NCBI GenBank assembly: GCA_946965045.2
Contig: OX337236.1
Location: 558,001 to 622,000, forward strand
Reading direction: 5' to 3'
DNA: 64,000 bases
Origin: Epithemia pelagica
Taxonomy: Eukaryota; Protista; Bacillariophyta
Shown here: in pieces, positions 48,748-59,976 of the stretch
Layout: each line of letters starts with the position of its first letter
Position numbering within the stretch: the stretch's first letter is position 1
The notes under the pieces: model-generated
The model's input: the letters and a program-made list of their open reading frames with translations, nothing else
Database searches by the model: none
Told to the model about the DNA's origin: nothing
Made by a program: the position numbers and the translations under genes

Positions 48748-49728
48748 ATGAAGAAACGAATTGCTCGCAAGTCGGATAATGGCAGCGTATTGCCCATGAC
48801 CGAAGCCGATGTGACGGCTGCCGCCAAGAAACAACGACCACGTCCACCCGCACGTCCCAACCGCAAAGGTGGTAGCACTGGATCCTTGTGGGGCCTCAAA
48901 GTGTTGGTTCCCGTGTTGGCCGGTTTGGCACTTTGTGTAGTCATCTTTCTCCATTTTGATAAATCCACGTCCGGTGCCCGACTGGCGTCACGCCTGGATC
49001 CATTAAAAGACTTTTTGAGCCAACGCAAAGCCGAACGAAAAGAGAAAAGGAAGAAACGAAAAAATGAGAAGCGACAACGTCGTGAAGAAGAGTTGAAACA
49101 AAGACTGGAAAAGGGCGAAGCCAAGGCAAAAAATGACCCATCTGCTCCGTTGCATCATCAACTTGTGGCCGAACAAGAGGATCTCCCCTTGTACAAATTT
49201 GAATCACTCCGATATGCTCTCCAACAGTCCGAACTTGTTCTCCTTTACTTTGCGGCCTCGTGGTGTCCCATGAGTTCACCCGTCACAGAGCAACTGGACT
49301 CCTTGTTTCGTGATATATTGTTACCTCCGCCTCCAGATCCATCCTCGGCACAGGAAAAAAAGGACGAGGCGGAAAAACTCATGCAACGATTACTGGAACA
49401 GCGTCGACACGGCGTATCGTTGGTCTATGTCTCGTCCGACAGTTCCAAAGAAGATATGGAAAGTTATGTCAAGGATAATTGGATGGTGGTTCCCTTTGAT
49501 TCACCGGATCGGAACAACTTGAAACGACATTTTAAAACGTGCGGGAAAATTGAAATGGAATCCTTGGGAATTGAAACTAGAGACCAAGAGCTTCCTGCCT
49601 TGATTGTTTTGGCAGGCTCGTCTCACACGGTGTTAACAATGGAGGGTGTAAAGGATGTGCAAGATCGGGGTCAACAAGCGGTGGACTATTGGCTGGAACT
49701 GTTAAAGACAAGTGAGGAAGCTGCGTAG
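48748..49728 (+). CDS. Membrane-anchored thioredoxin-like (nucleoredoxin/tryparedoxin-type) protein, CxxS
   Basis: N-terminal TM, then LLYFAASWCPMS, VYVSSD, WMVVPF and LPALIVL. Confidence 0.7.
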   Translation: MKKRIARKSDNGSVLPMTEADVTAAAKKQRPRPPARPNRKGGSTGSLWGLKVLVPVLAGLALCVVIFLHFDKSTSGARLASRLDPLKDFLSQRKAERKEKRKKRKNEKRQRREEELKQRLEKGEAKAKNDPSAPLHHQLVAEQEDLPLYKFESLRYALQQSELVLLYFAASWCPMSSPVTEQLDSLFRDILLPPPPDPSSAQEKKDEAEKLMQRLLEQRRHGVSLVYVSSDSSKEDMESYVKDNWMVVPFDSPDRNNLKRHFKTCGKIEMESLGIETRDQELPALIVLAGSSHTVLTMEGVKDVQDRGQQAVDYWLELLKTSEEAA

Positions 49729-49861
49729 GCCAGCCGTATAGGTCCTGGTAGAATATTGGCTTGTTAGATGTATTTGTCTATCGCTCGATATTAGAAACCA
49801 GATTAAATTTTACGTCCTAGGAGAGTGACCTGGAGCCAACTCAACCAGAGCGATTCGGAGA

Positions 49862-50652
49862 CTATTGTAGGAGTTCAAATTCTCCTCCAGACCACCGACA
49901 TACAAGTTCTACTTTGAATGTGGAAAGCTTGAAGCCGAGTAACACAAGGAGTTTGCATTTGTCTGCCGACAAGACCTCATTTTCCTTGCAGATTCGGTAC
50001 GAGTCCTTTTCATCTCGCAATATTATTCTGCCCACTTTGATTTCCACTGGCATTCCGCATTTTCGAAATTGTTCCATCATAGACACTGGAAAGTTGGAAA
50101 GCTCCTCACTGGTAATACGGACCTCCCGATTCGCCGTCGAACCGGCTCGAGCAAAATCCGGTTCTTGTAGATTGGAAAAGTAGTCTTCGACAAATTTCTT
50201 GTCTCTCGATGTGAGCAGCAGACCCACACTCCCTCCATGAATTCGTTTGGTCAAGTGGTGTAAATTGTCGGCATATTCCTCTTCTGGGGATCGGCCCAAG
50301 GCAATTTGCAAGAGTTTGTTCTTTCCTAGAAAAATGCGACTGCTGGAGCCGTCGTCGTCCGTACCCCGGAAATCCAATCGAACATTCTTGAATTTGCTGC
50401 TTCTCATGTTTTCATAACTAAACAGATAAATACACTCATGTTTGTCCACAACTTCACGAACTTCTTCAATGTACTTGCTCTTGTGATCTCGCGTCGACCG
50501 CTTTTCCGTCTGCGTCAAGGCAACTGCGAAAAAACGAGGGGGGAGGCGAATCCAGTGAGAATCCAAACAAACAACTCTAGCTAGTCGTCCAACAACGCAG
50601 CGATATTCATTCTTCTTCGCCTACCTTCTCTCACACGCTTGGATCTCGGCAT
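49862..50652 (-). CDS. MRT4: Ribosome assembly factor MRT4; exons 50652-50625, 50523-49862
   Basis: Spliced N-terminus MPRSKRVREVALTQTEKR; RIFLGKNKLLQIALGR, DFARAG, SMMEQFRKCGMP and KLLVLLGFKL. Confidence 0.9.
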
Positions 50653-50891
50653 GTTATCGCTGTGCTGTCTCCTCTCTCCTCGTAGATACACAAGGAGCTG
50701 TCGTTTGTTTTTTTTTCTTTTTTCAGAAATGACGATGGTTGGATGGAGATGATGGAATCGACGGTCGATGGTTAGACCCCAAAAGCGACCCAAAAACGCG
50801 ACCCCACCTCTCGTTGGGGAGCTTTCAAAACACTGACCACTGACGACATCCACTCATGGACGCCAATCGATTCTATGAGATGCCAAAAACC

Positions 50892-51974
50892 ATGAGGTCG
50901 TTCCCTTTGTCAGTTTTAGTGAGTTTATCGTTCTTTTGGACTGTCACGTTTGCATGGCAATTCACAAGCCAGCATCGAACAGCTGTGGTGACGGGGGCCA
51001 ATGGGTACCTTGGCAAGTCCATAGTTCATGAATTACTGGACAATTGCCGTGGTGTTGACCGTATCCTCTGTCTAGTACGCGCTTCTCGAGTCTCTTCTGA
51101 GGAACACTATTGGAACGACATATCAACGACAGGTTCCAAGATTTCTGTGTTATCCTACGATATGCTGGATGGAGGAAATTCATTGGGAGAGGCTCTCCAA
51201 CTGGCAAATGAACCTTGTTGTGTCTATCACGTTGCCTCCAATTTTGGACCCTCCGAAAACCATACCGAATCGGCACTCGAAAATGTCAAGGGTACTGAAG
51301 ATTTGATTCAAGCATTGGCAAAGGACTCGAATCCACACAAGTTGGTTTTGACTTCGTCCATGGCTGCTGTTCGAGGTTCGGGTCAAATACCCACCAATCA
51401 AAAGTTTTATACCGTTGAGGATTGGAACACGTTGAGTGAACTGGGGGCCAACTGGGGATCGAGCTACCAATGGTCCAAGGCCGAGTCGGAACGGCGAGCA
51501 ATAGCCTTGGCGCAACAAGTCAATCTTCCCATTGTCACTCTGTGTCCTTCCTTCTTGTTTGGACCAACCAAGAGTTTGGACTCGACCAACTCGTTTTCCC
51601 TCCAACTTGTGGGACAATGGGTCCGAGGCGAGTCTCCGGTTCAAAGTCGATTGTTTGCCGATGTTCGAGATTGTGCCTTGGCCCATGTGGCGGCCGGTTG
51701 TAGTGAGGCGGCCAACGGGAAGCGCTATATTGTTTCCTTGGAACAACGAGTTGCGAGTCAAGAGATTGCGACGTGGCTCCAACAAGTCTGTACGGAATCG
51801 GGCCGGTCGGATCCCCACAAGATTCAGTTTGATGCCGAATTTTCCGGTGGCGCCATTCCCATTGGTGAAAAAGAAGTGGAAGCAGAGCAGCGATTGGAAC
51901 AAGAGCTTGGGGTCAAGCTGCGACCTGTCAAGGACACTATTGTTGGGATTGCCAAAACGCTGCTGACAGTGTAG
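50892..51974 (+). CDS. NAD(P)-dependent epimerase/dehydratase (DFR/CCR-like SDR), probably plastid-targeted
   Basis: VVTGANGYLG, VLTSSMAAV, YQWSK (YxxxK) and DVRDCALAH. Signal peptide ends TFA-W. Confidence 0.85.
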   Translation: MRSFPLSVLVSLSFFWTVTFAWQFTSQHRTAVVTGANGYLGKSIVHELLDNCRGVDRILCLVRASRVSSEEHYWNDISTTGSKISVLSYDMLDGGNSLGEALQLANEPCCVYHVASNFGPSENHTESALENVKGTEDLIQALAKDSNPHKLVLTSSMAAVRGSGQIPTNQKFYTVEDWNTLSELGANWGSSYQWSKAESERRAIALAQQVNLPIVTLCPSFLFGPTKSLDSTNSFSLQLVGQWVRGESPVQSRLFADVRDCALAHVAAGCSEAANGKRYIVSLEQRVASQEIATWLQQVCTESGRSDPHKIQFDAEFSGGAIPIGEKEVEAEQRLEQELGVKLRPVKDTIVGIAKTLLTV

Positions 51975-52087
51975 GTACTTCGGCGTCGACACCTCATTCT
52001 CTGCATGCAGATATTAATTTGTCCAAACAATATACTCCTAGAGGCATTGTTTTAGCAACTGTGATAGCTGAGCGTACAAGGATCCTT

Positions 52088-54712
52088 TTAAGAAACTTCG
52101 GCATCGATCTCTGTGACTTGTTCTTCGGCGACTGCATCCTCTGGATTTCTGTCTTCTCTAGAGATGGTCGTACTCATGAGCTCACGAAGCATCATGGTAG
52201 CAAAGCTACCTTTGGGAAGATCAAACTGTACCCTGATATTGCAACTGTCATCGTCTTGTGGTAGGATACTATGCTCCAGATTGGCCGCTCGACAAATAAG
52301 ATAACGATAGTCGCCCTTTCTGGAGTCAGGACCTTTACGTCGAATGTCGATGCCGTCCGCCATGAGAATATCTTGGATGCGATCTCCAACTTTGTTGGTT
52401 GGAAATAACGAGTTTGTACCAACCAGTGGAAGTACGACCGAGTGAATGTCCGTCTCGTCCATCCCTTCTTCGAGTAGAAAGGGAGTATCAGATGTTCGAG
52501 GAACTACCAAGTCACCAGGAACAGCACGTTGACTCCCATAGAGATTGATTCGTTCCGTTGCGGCAATATTCCAGAGATAGGATTGGTAGGTACTAATCCA
52601 GAAGGTACGTTCTTCCCGTGGAATACAGGAAAAAGCCCTGTGCTGGTCTCCATTGAATCGTTTCAAGCCATTCAACAGCAACCGTTCCTTGTGGAGATAA
52701 TTGCATCGGGGCAAAAGTTTGAGCGTCTGTTCTGCATCTCGGCCCTTTTCCAACCACGATTTGCGCGCGCGTCGAATTCCCTCATATTCTTGCTTGTTGT
52801 TGGCACATACTTCCCGACCGGCCATGATCAAGTCAATGGCTTGAGAATAGTCTTCTTTGAGAAGAGCCCGGCCAATTTCGAACGGACGTACACCAATGGT
52901 AGACGAATCACCCGCAAGGCCTACTCGTTGTTCTCCAAAATAATTGATGAATCCATAATTTCGAATCCGCTCGACACACCCACTAATATGCTCGGGGTCA
53001 CAGGCAATTTGCTCTTCTGTGGCGTTTCCCTCATCATCCATAGTAACTGCAATGCGACGAGCATTGCGAACCACGACGTTAAATCGATTGCCTGCCAAAT
53101 CTCCTGTATTCAATACCCACGAAACACGGACCGCCGGTCCCAGCTGGACAAACTGTACTTTTTGAGCAATGCGGGCCACTTGTTGGGGAGTCTTGGATCG
53201 AATGGTACAAAACTGTTCCGTAATGGCCATGTAATCCTTTTTTCCGGCAAAACCAATATCGGATCGACGACAGCGAAAGACAGATGTCAAGGCATTGTGT
53301 GCCGAAGCATGATCCACGCCACGTTTTCGTACGACCACGAGTGAATGGTGTTCCTGAGGAGCAGATGTTCCGTCGGGACGGGGACGTTTTTTGGCAGCTT
53401 TTCGTTTGGCATTTCGAGACCAATAGACGCAAATGGCCGAGGTCTGCTCCTGACTGTCCGTCCTTTCTGGATACAAGGGATATCCATTGACCGTCGTGGA
53501 GGTTAAAAGAAATCGAGTGGCCGCGGTCAACATTCCATGAATATGACCTCGTTGCTTACGTTCCATGGCGGGAGGAAGACGCAGCATGATATTTTTGTAA
53601 TTAAAAAAGGACGTGCCTCCCTTGTGTCGGTCATAATAATACTGGTAGAGGGGAAGCAAATCCACCTCGGGCTCAAACAAGTAGGGAACCAGGTCCCAAA
53701 AGAGAGGATCTCCACTCAACTTGACTTGATAGCTAGTAAATGAAGTCTTTTCTTCGTCTTGTTCTTTTCCGGCTGCTGGCCTTTTGGCGACCGATTCTGA
53801 TCGCACCATGGGAAAGGCTGCCCGCACGGCTCGATGAAAGGTGCCACGATCTTCCACGGTCGGGGTCACCAACGGAGGGATCCAGACACTGCCGGCACTC
53901 TGGACCAGTGCAGCGCTATCAAAGGAATTGTTTGTGTCATTTGTGGTGGTCTGGCGAAATTGTCGAATCCCATGGACAAGTTTCTCCTGCAACTGACGCA
54001 TGGAATCGATTACCTGATCCACAGTCATTTCATTGTTGGCCTTTTCCAGAGTGTCTTTGAGAACCAATCGGACAATCTCCAAGGGATTACTATGAGAAGC
54101 AATTGTTGCCACAGTATTCTTGCTTGGTTCTTGGTCGAGCGTTTGTGGTTGCTCGTTCGATGAATCCGCAACATGTCCAGCGACCGCATCATGAGCTTTT
54201 TCGGTGCTCTCCTTGCCAGCGTCGACAGAATCCGACTCTTTGGATTCCGAGTTTTCCTTCGATGGCTCTTCCACTTTTTGTTTTTTCGTTTTGGGAAGTT
54301 GTTGATCCAGTACTTCCAGGGACAAGTCATTGGAGCCATTTGTTTCAAACTTTGCATCGATCGATGCCACTCGCAATGCTTCAATTTCGGCATCTTTCAA
54401 GCCACCAATGGTCCGACCCGGCAAGGCAATTTCTCGAACCACAAAGTCTTCGGGTTGGCCCTTGATTTGTCCCACAATCTCTCGCGACAACACCGTCTGG
54501 CCTTTGGGAAGAATTTCATTCGCTTCCTCGGTGGGAGGAGCGAGATACAGACTTGGAAGAATGCGTGTGGGTTGCAAGAATGCATCTCCAATCCCAATAC
54601 TCGACAAATGAGCACTTAGACCTGCTTTGTTCTGTGTTGATCTTCTTCCATGATGTATTTGGCTGGATGCTGCCGAGGCGGTTGTGGTTGACGATGACGA
54701 TTGCTTGATCAT
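52088..54712 (-). CDS. PUS7: TruD-family pseudouridine synthase
   Basis: GQIKGQPEDFVVREI, GFAGKKDYMAITEQ, GDLAGNRFNVVVR, GFINYFGEQR, YQSYLWN and LPKGSFATMMLRE. Confidence 0.9.
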   Translation of the reverse strand: MIKQSSSSTTTASAASSQIHHGRRSTQNKAGLSAHLSSIGIGDAFLQPTRILPSLYLAPPTEEANEILPKGQTVLSREIVGQIKGQPEDFVVREIALPGRTIGGLKDAEIEALRVASIDAKFETNGSNDLSLEVLDQQLPKTKKQKVEEPSKENSESKESDSVDAGKESTEKAHDAVAGHVADSSNEQPQTLDQEPSKNTVATIASHSNPLEIVRLVLKDTLEKANNEMTVDQVIDSMRQLQEKLVHGIRQFRQTTTNDTNNSFDSAALVQSAGSVWIPPLVTPTVEDRGTFHRAVRAAFPMVRSESVAKRPAAGKEQDEEKTSFTSYQVKLSGDPLFWDLVPYLFEPEVDLLPLYQYYYDRHKGGTSFFNYKNIMLRLPPAMERKQRGHIHGMLTAATRFLLTSTTVNGYPLYPERTDSQEQTSAICVYWSRNAKRKAAKKRPRPDGTSAPQEHHSLVVVRKRGVDHASAHNALTSVFRCRRSDIGFAGKKDYMAITEQFCTIRSKTPQQVARIAQKVQFVQLGPAVRVSWVLNTGDLAGNRFNVVVRNARRIAVTMDDEGNATEEQIACDPEHISGCVERIRNYGFINYFGEQRVGLAGDSSTIGVRPFEIGRALLKEDYSQAIDLIMAGREVCANNKQEYEGIRRARKSWLEKGRDAEQTLKLLPRCNYLHKERLLLNGLKRFNGDQHRAFSCIPREERTFWISTYQSYLWNIAATERINLYGSQRAVPGDLVVPRTSDTPFLLEEGMDETDIHSVVLPLVGTNSLFPTNKVGDRIQDILMADGIDIRRKGPDSRKGDYRYLICRAANLEHSILPQDDDSCNIRVQFDLPKGSFATMMLRELMSTTISREDRNPEDAVAEEQVTEIDAEVS

Positions 54713-54930
54713 GGATACTCTGGCATAGTGGAATCGAATGAAGAAGGACCAAGAGGGATATCGCATGGCAAGATCCCATTGTCATCCCATGAGGAAAAGA
54801 TCCATCATCCGGGTACCACCTCATCCGCGACTGATCATAGGCAGGCGTGCGGATCGCGCCCAAGACGACTCTCTGGTCGGTAGCTTCACTGTTCACTGAC
54901 CACAGATAGAAAAAATGCATAGCGCATAGC

Positions 54931-56043
54931 TACCCCCAAGCGCCGGGCGAGTATTGAGTCGCACTTAAAAAGGGCTTTCGTATACTCACCCCCATGGCGC
55001 GATCCTCAGCTCTCGGTGTTGATACAAAATGCCAAGCATCTCCCCACTGTCATCACGGTGGTGAAGGTGTAGGGGTCCCAAATCGATCTCCATCATGTCC
55101 ATGTCTTCCCACAAATGACACTGTGTCGCTCAGACCACACCAAGAGAACCTTACGGGGCGCGATGATACTCTGGAGCATCGATGGCATCCACAGGAGAGG
55201 GTTCAAGGGAGAGGTAAATCGCCAAAACTTTCACTCCTGTCTCACAGAACAATTCATCGCCCAAACCCGGTGTTTCCCTGTTTCCTTTCTCTTCTTCCGT
55301 TGCGGGTGTAACCGTACGAGCGGAGTACAACATAAATCATAAGAAGGAAGACGACTAAGACGAAAATAGCACAACAATCAACCATATGTGGCTGCATCGA
55401 CAGATGGTTAGTCAGGAGAAGTCAGAGATAAAGACAAGGACTTGATGACAATCAACCACAGTCTGCTTCATGGCAGAAACATGGCCATGATCCTAGCAAA
55501 GACAACAGCGAAGGATACGCAACAATCAGCTAATGAAACAACATAATAATCAGCATCTGTGATCATGCAAAACGAAGACAAAGAGTACACAATAATCAGC
55601 CACAATTTGGGATATGGTTGAGGAACCATGATTGGTCGTTTCCAGTGCCGGTACTTGTCCTCCATTGGGTCGGTGGAGGGAAATGTGGTTGTCTTGTGGG
55701 TTTGTAGACACATCGTTGCTTCCAGTCATGATGGTGGAAATGGTGCTTGAGTGTGGCAGTTCGGCAGACACAACAGCAATGTTTTGGTGGGAGTTCAATA
55801 GCCGAGGCCCTTCAGTAGTGGTTATAAAACAGACCTGCAAGCAGGTGCGCTGTAGCAGCTCCAATTGCCGATGTACTGGACCTCACTCGGTTGGGTCCAC
55901 GGTGGAACTGTGGAGGTGAAAATGGATTTGTATCAACCTCGAGAAATCGCCAAATTTGGAGGACGCGCCATGGGGGTGAGAACACGAATGCATATTTTCT
56001 CCGACTCAGGCGGGATTCAAAACTCACCCGGCGCTGGGGGGTA
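54931..56043. mobile_element. Non-autonomous TIR element (1113 bp) with 10-bp TSD, Mutator-like
   Basis: Terminal IRs TACCCCCAAGCGCCGGGCGAGTATTGA and (reverse complement) TACCCCCCAGCGCCGGGTGAGTTTTGA match at 24/27. A perfect 17-bp inner IR sits at 54985-55001 and 55964-55980. AGCGCATAGC flanks both ends (54921-54930, 56044-56053). Confidence 0.82.
55357..55602. repeat. Degenerate ~74-bp tandem repeat (about 4 units) inside the TIR element
   Basis: AAGAC...(C/T)AATCA(A/G)C recurs, with the AATCA motif at 55375, 55449, 55523 and 55593. Confidence 0.5.
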
Positions 56044-56221
56044 AGCGCATAGCTCAAACGCAACAAGTAACCACGCCACAGACACCCGTAGCAAACTCAC
56101 AAGCGCGTGTAGACGAGTACCTTATTATGTGCGCTTTGCACGATCGATCTCCTCTCCCTCCACTGCCCTCACAAAATACCAGAAGTCAATAACCAAAAAG
56201 CATCTCTTTTCCAAACTAATC

Positions 56222-56830
56222 ATGGCCATCCAAAAACAGAGTCAACAACAACAGTCTCAACAACAACAAGACTTGGAAGCCACTCAACCAACTTCAGCAT
56301 CGGCTGTCAAGACAAGTTACAAAATCCAGCTATTCGATGCCAAGCACTACAATAATGTCGAACACCAATGGGATAACAAGCCCTTTGTCGTCGACAAGAT
56401 GCGATCCTTCTTTGGAGCCGTTAGAGAAGAACGCATGGATAAAGTCATCAAGGCCAAGCGATCCAAAATTGACAAACAAGGATTGTGGGATCCCGAAGGA
56501 TTGGTATTGACCGATGTCAGCAAACCATTCAAGAGTAAGCTCTTGTTCAGCATCAACCAAGACTATTTTAACGAGTCCAAAATGGACCTGGAGCTCCCCG
56601 AAGACTTGCAAATCCAATTTATGTCTGGCATTTGGTTGTCCAAGGTGTATGTGGGTGAATATGGTCAGTTTTTGAACTGGGTGGACGATGCCATTGCCTT
56701 TGTCAAGGACCGATACAATCGCAATGTTGATGCGCACCATGATTGGTTTGTGTACTATCCAAGTGCCTTGGAGATGCAAAAGCCAGAGGGCCAATCGGTT
56801 GTCACATTTTTCATCAAGGTGTCCGATTGA
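56222..56830 (+). CDS. Hypothetical protein (202 aa) resembling a prokaryotic GyrI-like/'hydrolase' family; paralog 1
   Basis: Intact single-exon ORF. The second copy at 63494 differs mostly at synonymous sites, which supports coding status. Confidence 0.8.
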   Translation: MAIQKQSQQQQSQQQQDLEATQPTSASAVKTSYKIQLFDAKHYNNVEHQWDNKPFVVDKMRSFFGAVREERMDKVIKAKRSKIDKQGLWDPEGLVLTDVSKPFKSKLLFSINQDYFNESKMDLELPEDLQIQFMSGIWLSKVYVGEYGQFLNWVDDAIAFVKDRYNRNVDAHHDWFVYYPSALEMQKPEGQSVVTFFIKVSD

Positions 56831-57164
56831 TCATAGGTGGACCAGTACATAGAATGATAGAAATACAGTTTTGGATTTGTGATCATCAGTTGACATATGA
56901 TAGATAGCTTGAGTGAGTTGGTTACCGATCTTTTCATTTGTCGGTACGTCGGCTTCTGGCACAAGCTTTCATCTGTAACAGGTTTGCTTCTGTTTGCGAC
57001 TGATGGTGTTTTGAACCTGATGTAGGATGAGTGTATGAGTTTATTTCTCGTTTTCCACTCTGTATTCCAACTAAAAAAACTGGCCCTTGTATTACAGTGG
57101 GAAAACACGGACAAACCTCATCTTGCGAGCGTACATTCACTCCATACGCAGCTCTGTGGGGTGC

Positions 57165-58627
57165 TTATTTTGCTGATTGTGTTGACGCCGCCGTGGCACA
57201 TGCCATGACGACATTGACCGCCACCTGGCCAATGGTATCCATTTTGTATCCACCCTCTTGGACAAACACTACGGGAATTTGCAGATTGGCAGCCGTCTGG
57301 CCCAGGAGGGTTCCAAGGGCAGTATAATCCTCGTCATGTAAGGCAAAACCTGCTCCTTGGAGACATACAGGATCCTGGAGATACGTATCCAATCCCAAGG
57401 ACACCAACATGACCTGTGCCCCAAATTCGGCAATGGCAGTCAAGGCCTGCTGGAGTGCCGGTTGGTACTGCTCGGTCCAATTGGATCCGGGTGGCAGGGG
57501 GAAATGCCGGGTGGTTCTCAGCCCGGCGTCGCATCCCGTTTGGTCGGCAAAACCATGAGAAAAGGGATAGTCAAAATCAGGATGGCAATGCAAACTCGCC
57601 ACAAAGACTGTCGGGTCGTCGTAAAAGAGAGCCGCTGTACCATTGCCCACATGGTAGTCCACATCCAGAATGGCCACCTTGAGCTTCTTTGTGCTCTTGT
57701 TCATGTGGTTGTTTGTGTCCTTGTCGACCTGACTGTCGTGAGTGTTTTGTAATTGGCGGGCCAAGGCTGCGACATGGTTGACGTAGCAGAATCCACCAAA
57801 ACTATCGTGGGCGGCATGGTGACCGGGATGTGTCACAGATACATACACAATTTCGGGAGGAGTATCAGACTTTTGCTGCAGAGCGGCAAGTGTCCTTTGA
57901 GCCGCATCCTGAATCAAGGCTCCATCCGCGAGGAGCTCCTGATGCAAATCGGCAAACACTGTTGAACCGAATAAAAGAAGAAAATCGGGTAGGTCAGGCA
58001 ACCAGAACATCGTGATAGCAAGATGCTCTTGTACGTACCAGGTGTATCCACATCGGTGCAATAAAATCCCATTTGCCCCACCACATGTTGCGAAGGTCGT
58101 TGCTCAAACCTCCTGCTGTCCTCACGAGGCAATGGCGAACTTCCCACGGCTAATGTGAGGGGTGGTGTTGGTTTGGGGCCCTTGTCGTCGTTGTCGTTCT
58201 TGTCCTTGGCAACTGGTTCCGATACAGGCGACGGTGCATGATAAAAGTTGCACCACTGGGACCATACCGATACGAGAAATTGTAGCAATCGGTCACTATG
58301 AACCAATGAATAGAGTTCCAACCATTGTTGTTGCAACTTCTTCGAATCGACTGGTTGTTCACCAACCACAACAATGTCCACCAAAGGAACAATATCATGT
58401 GTCGCATGGTTCTGATGTCGGACATAGAATTCTGACAAAATGAGTGCTTGACGAAGACGGGGATGATTCAAACCATCGAGGTCATCCTTGGCCTTGTCAC
58501 GTTCACTTAACATTGGGACGACTCGGTTCTTGCCGTCCTCCTCATTTGTCGTGTCGACGGTTTCAGTCGAAAGCTTGGACGGATGATACGGTGTCAAGAC
58601 AACGAGTGGTGTTGGTGACAGCGGCAT
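57165..58627 (-). CDS. HDAC-fold amidohydrolase (acetylpolyamine amidohydrolase-like); exons 58627-58039, 57958-57165
   Basis: The intron restores FYCTDVDTPVF; HPGHHA, GGFCYVN, AILDVDYHVGNGT, SLGLDT and QEGGY. Confidence 0.85.
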
Positions 58628-59430
58628 GACATTTCCCAATTAGAAGAACAAACGATGAAACAACAGAGCCAATCTTCTTACGATGCCATTGTCAGGTTGC
58701 AAAAGATCCGTCCACCAAACAGCGACTGAAATGTTATGGCTGGCGTGTGGATCGCACCCGACAAGAAGTCTCGCCAACAACCACGTGCAACAGCACTGAC
58801 CAAGAACCACTTCAGGCAACACCGCAAAAATGCACAAAATTGCATACGGAATACGGAATACGGAACACGGAACCTCGAACGCGCCATTGGCAATGGTCTG
58901 TATTCTGTATCAGTGGTCGCTCTGAGCATTGGTGCAGGACCCTTCTACCACCTATTTAGAGCGATCTACGGTAGTAGTACCGACAATGCTACGATCAGCG
59001 GTTTTTGAGATAGCCTCCCACTGCGACTGAGTCTAGACTCATCCAATACGAACGAAGAATAAGGGAGAATCAGCAATCCCAAGAACAACAGAACTACCTG
59101 TCTGACTCCGAGATGAGAAGGATGATAATGATGATGATTCATTCGCAATGAGAAACTCTTCGAACATTTCAAGTCAATTGGATTGTAGCTATTCGAAAAG
59201 ATAGTATGCGTGTTCTTGAGCTCCGGTCTATCCTTAGACACCAACAAACGTACTCTACCCATCGATGGACAGCGAGGGTGGTATGTGCTATAAATCCATC
59301 CGAGAAGATTGTGTAGCAAACAAAGGTTATATCTATTATTGTCAACAATACATGACACTAGAATGTACATGTGTATACAGAATATTGGTCTTACAACTCA
59401 CATATCTGTTGAGGATGACGATGGCATTGC

Positions 59431-59976
59431 CTACCACTCAGGAAGGAAGAGTTTGCTGTCCAATGTCTTGGGCACCGGAAGCTCTCGAGAAGCGGCCTTG
59501 CATTCGGGTGTAAACAACCGAGGAAGAGATAGTAAGTCTTCTCCATCAGACATTGGTGATTCAAAACAATAACCACTCGCAGACATGCGGCGGCTTGAGG
59601 GAAGAGGCGAAAGCAAGCTTGCGTCCACTATCTCTTCATCATCGGAATCATTGTCGCTGTGTGGTAAGACTGGGGTTGCAATGGACGCAGCAGGCTTGCG
59701 AAGGTGCGTAATCACAGGTCGTGTGCCATTTGTAGGTCTTGGTTGCAAACACCGTTTCCTTCTTCCCGATGACGCTCCGTCGGGAAACACAAGGAAGAAT
59801 CCGTCAAGAGTATCATCTTCGGTTGCCGCATCTTGACACTTCCGTTCGGCATTCTTCATTGTTCCTAGTGAAAGGAAGATATCACCAGTCGCACCGTAGC
59901 TCTTGTGCAACGACCGCTTACTGCCTTTCCAGCACGATGCGTTTTTCTTGTTGAAAATGGGAGTTGTCAGTGTCAT
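59431..59976 (-). CDS. Hypothetical S/P-rich low-complexity protein (about 181 aa)
   Basis: ATG-initiated ORF with protein-like composition; no recognisable domain. Confidence 0.4.
   Translation of the reverse strand: MTLTTPIFNKKNASCWKGSKRSLHKSYGATGDIFLSLGTMKNAERKCQDAATEDDTLDGFFLVFPDGASSGRRKRCLQPRPTNGTRPVITHLRKPAASIATPVLPHSDNDSDDEEIVDASLLSPLPSSRRMSASGYCFESPMSDGEDLLSLPRLFTPECKAASRELPVPKTLDSKLFLPEW

Noticed and set aside
58845-58873. ACGGAA(T/C) heptamer repeated about four times; also (AG)n near 27580 and (GTTTT)n near 62210
   Set aside because: Ordinary microsatellites.
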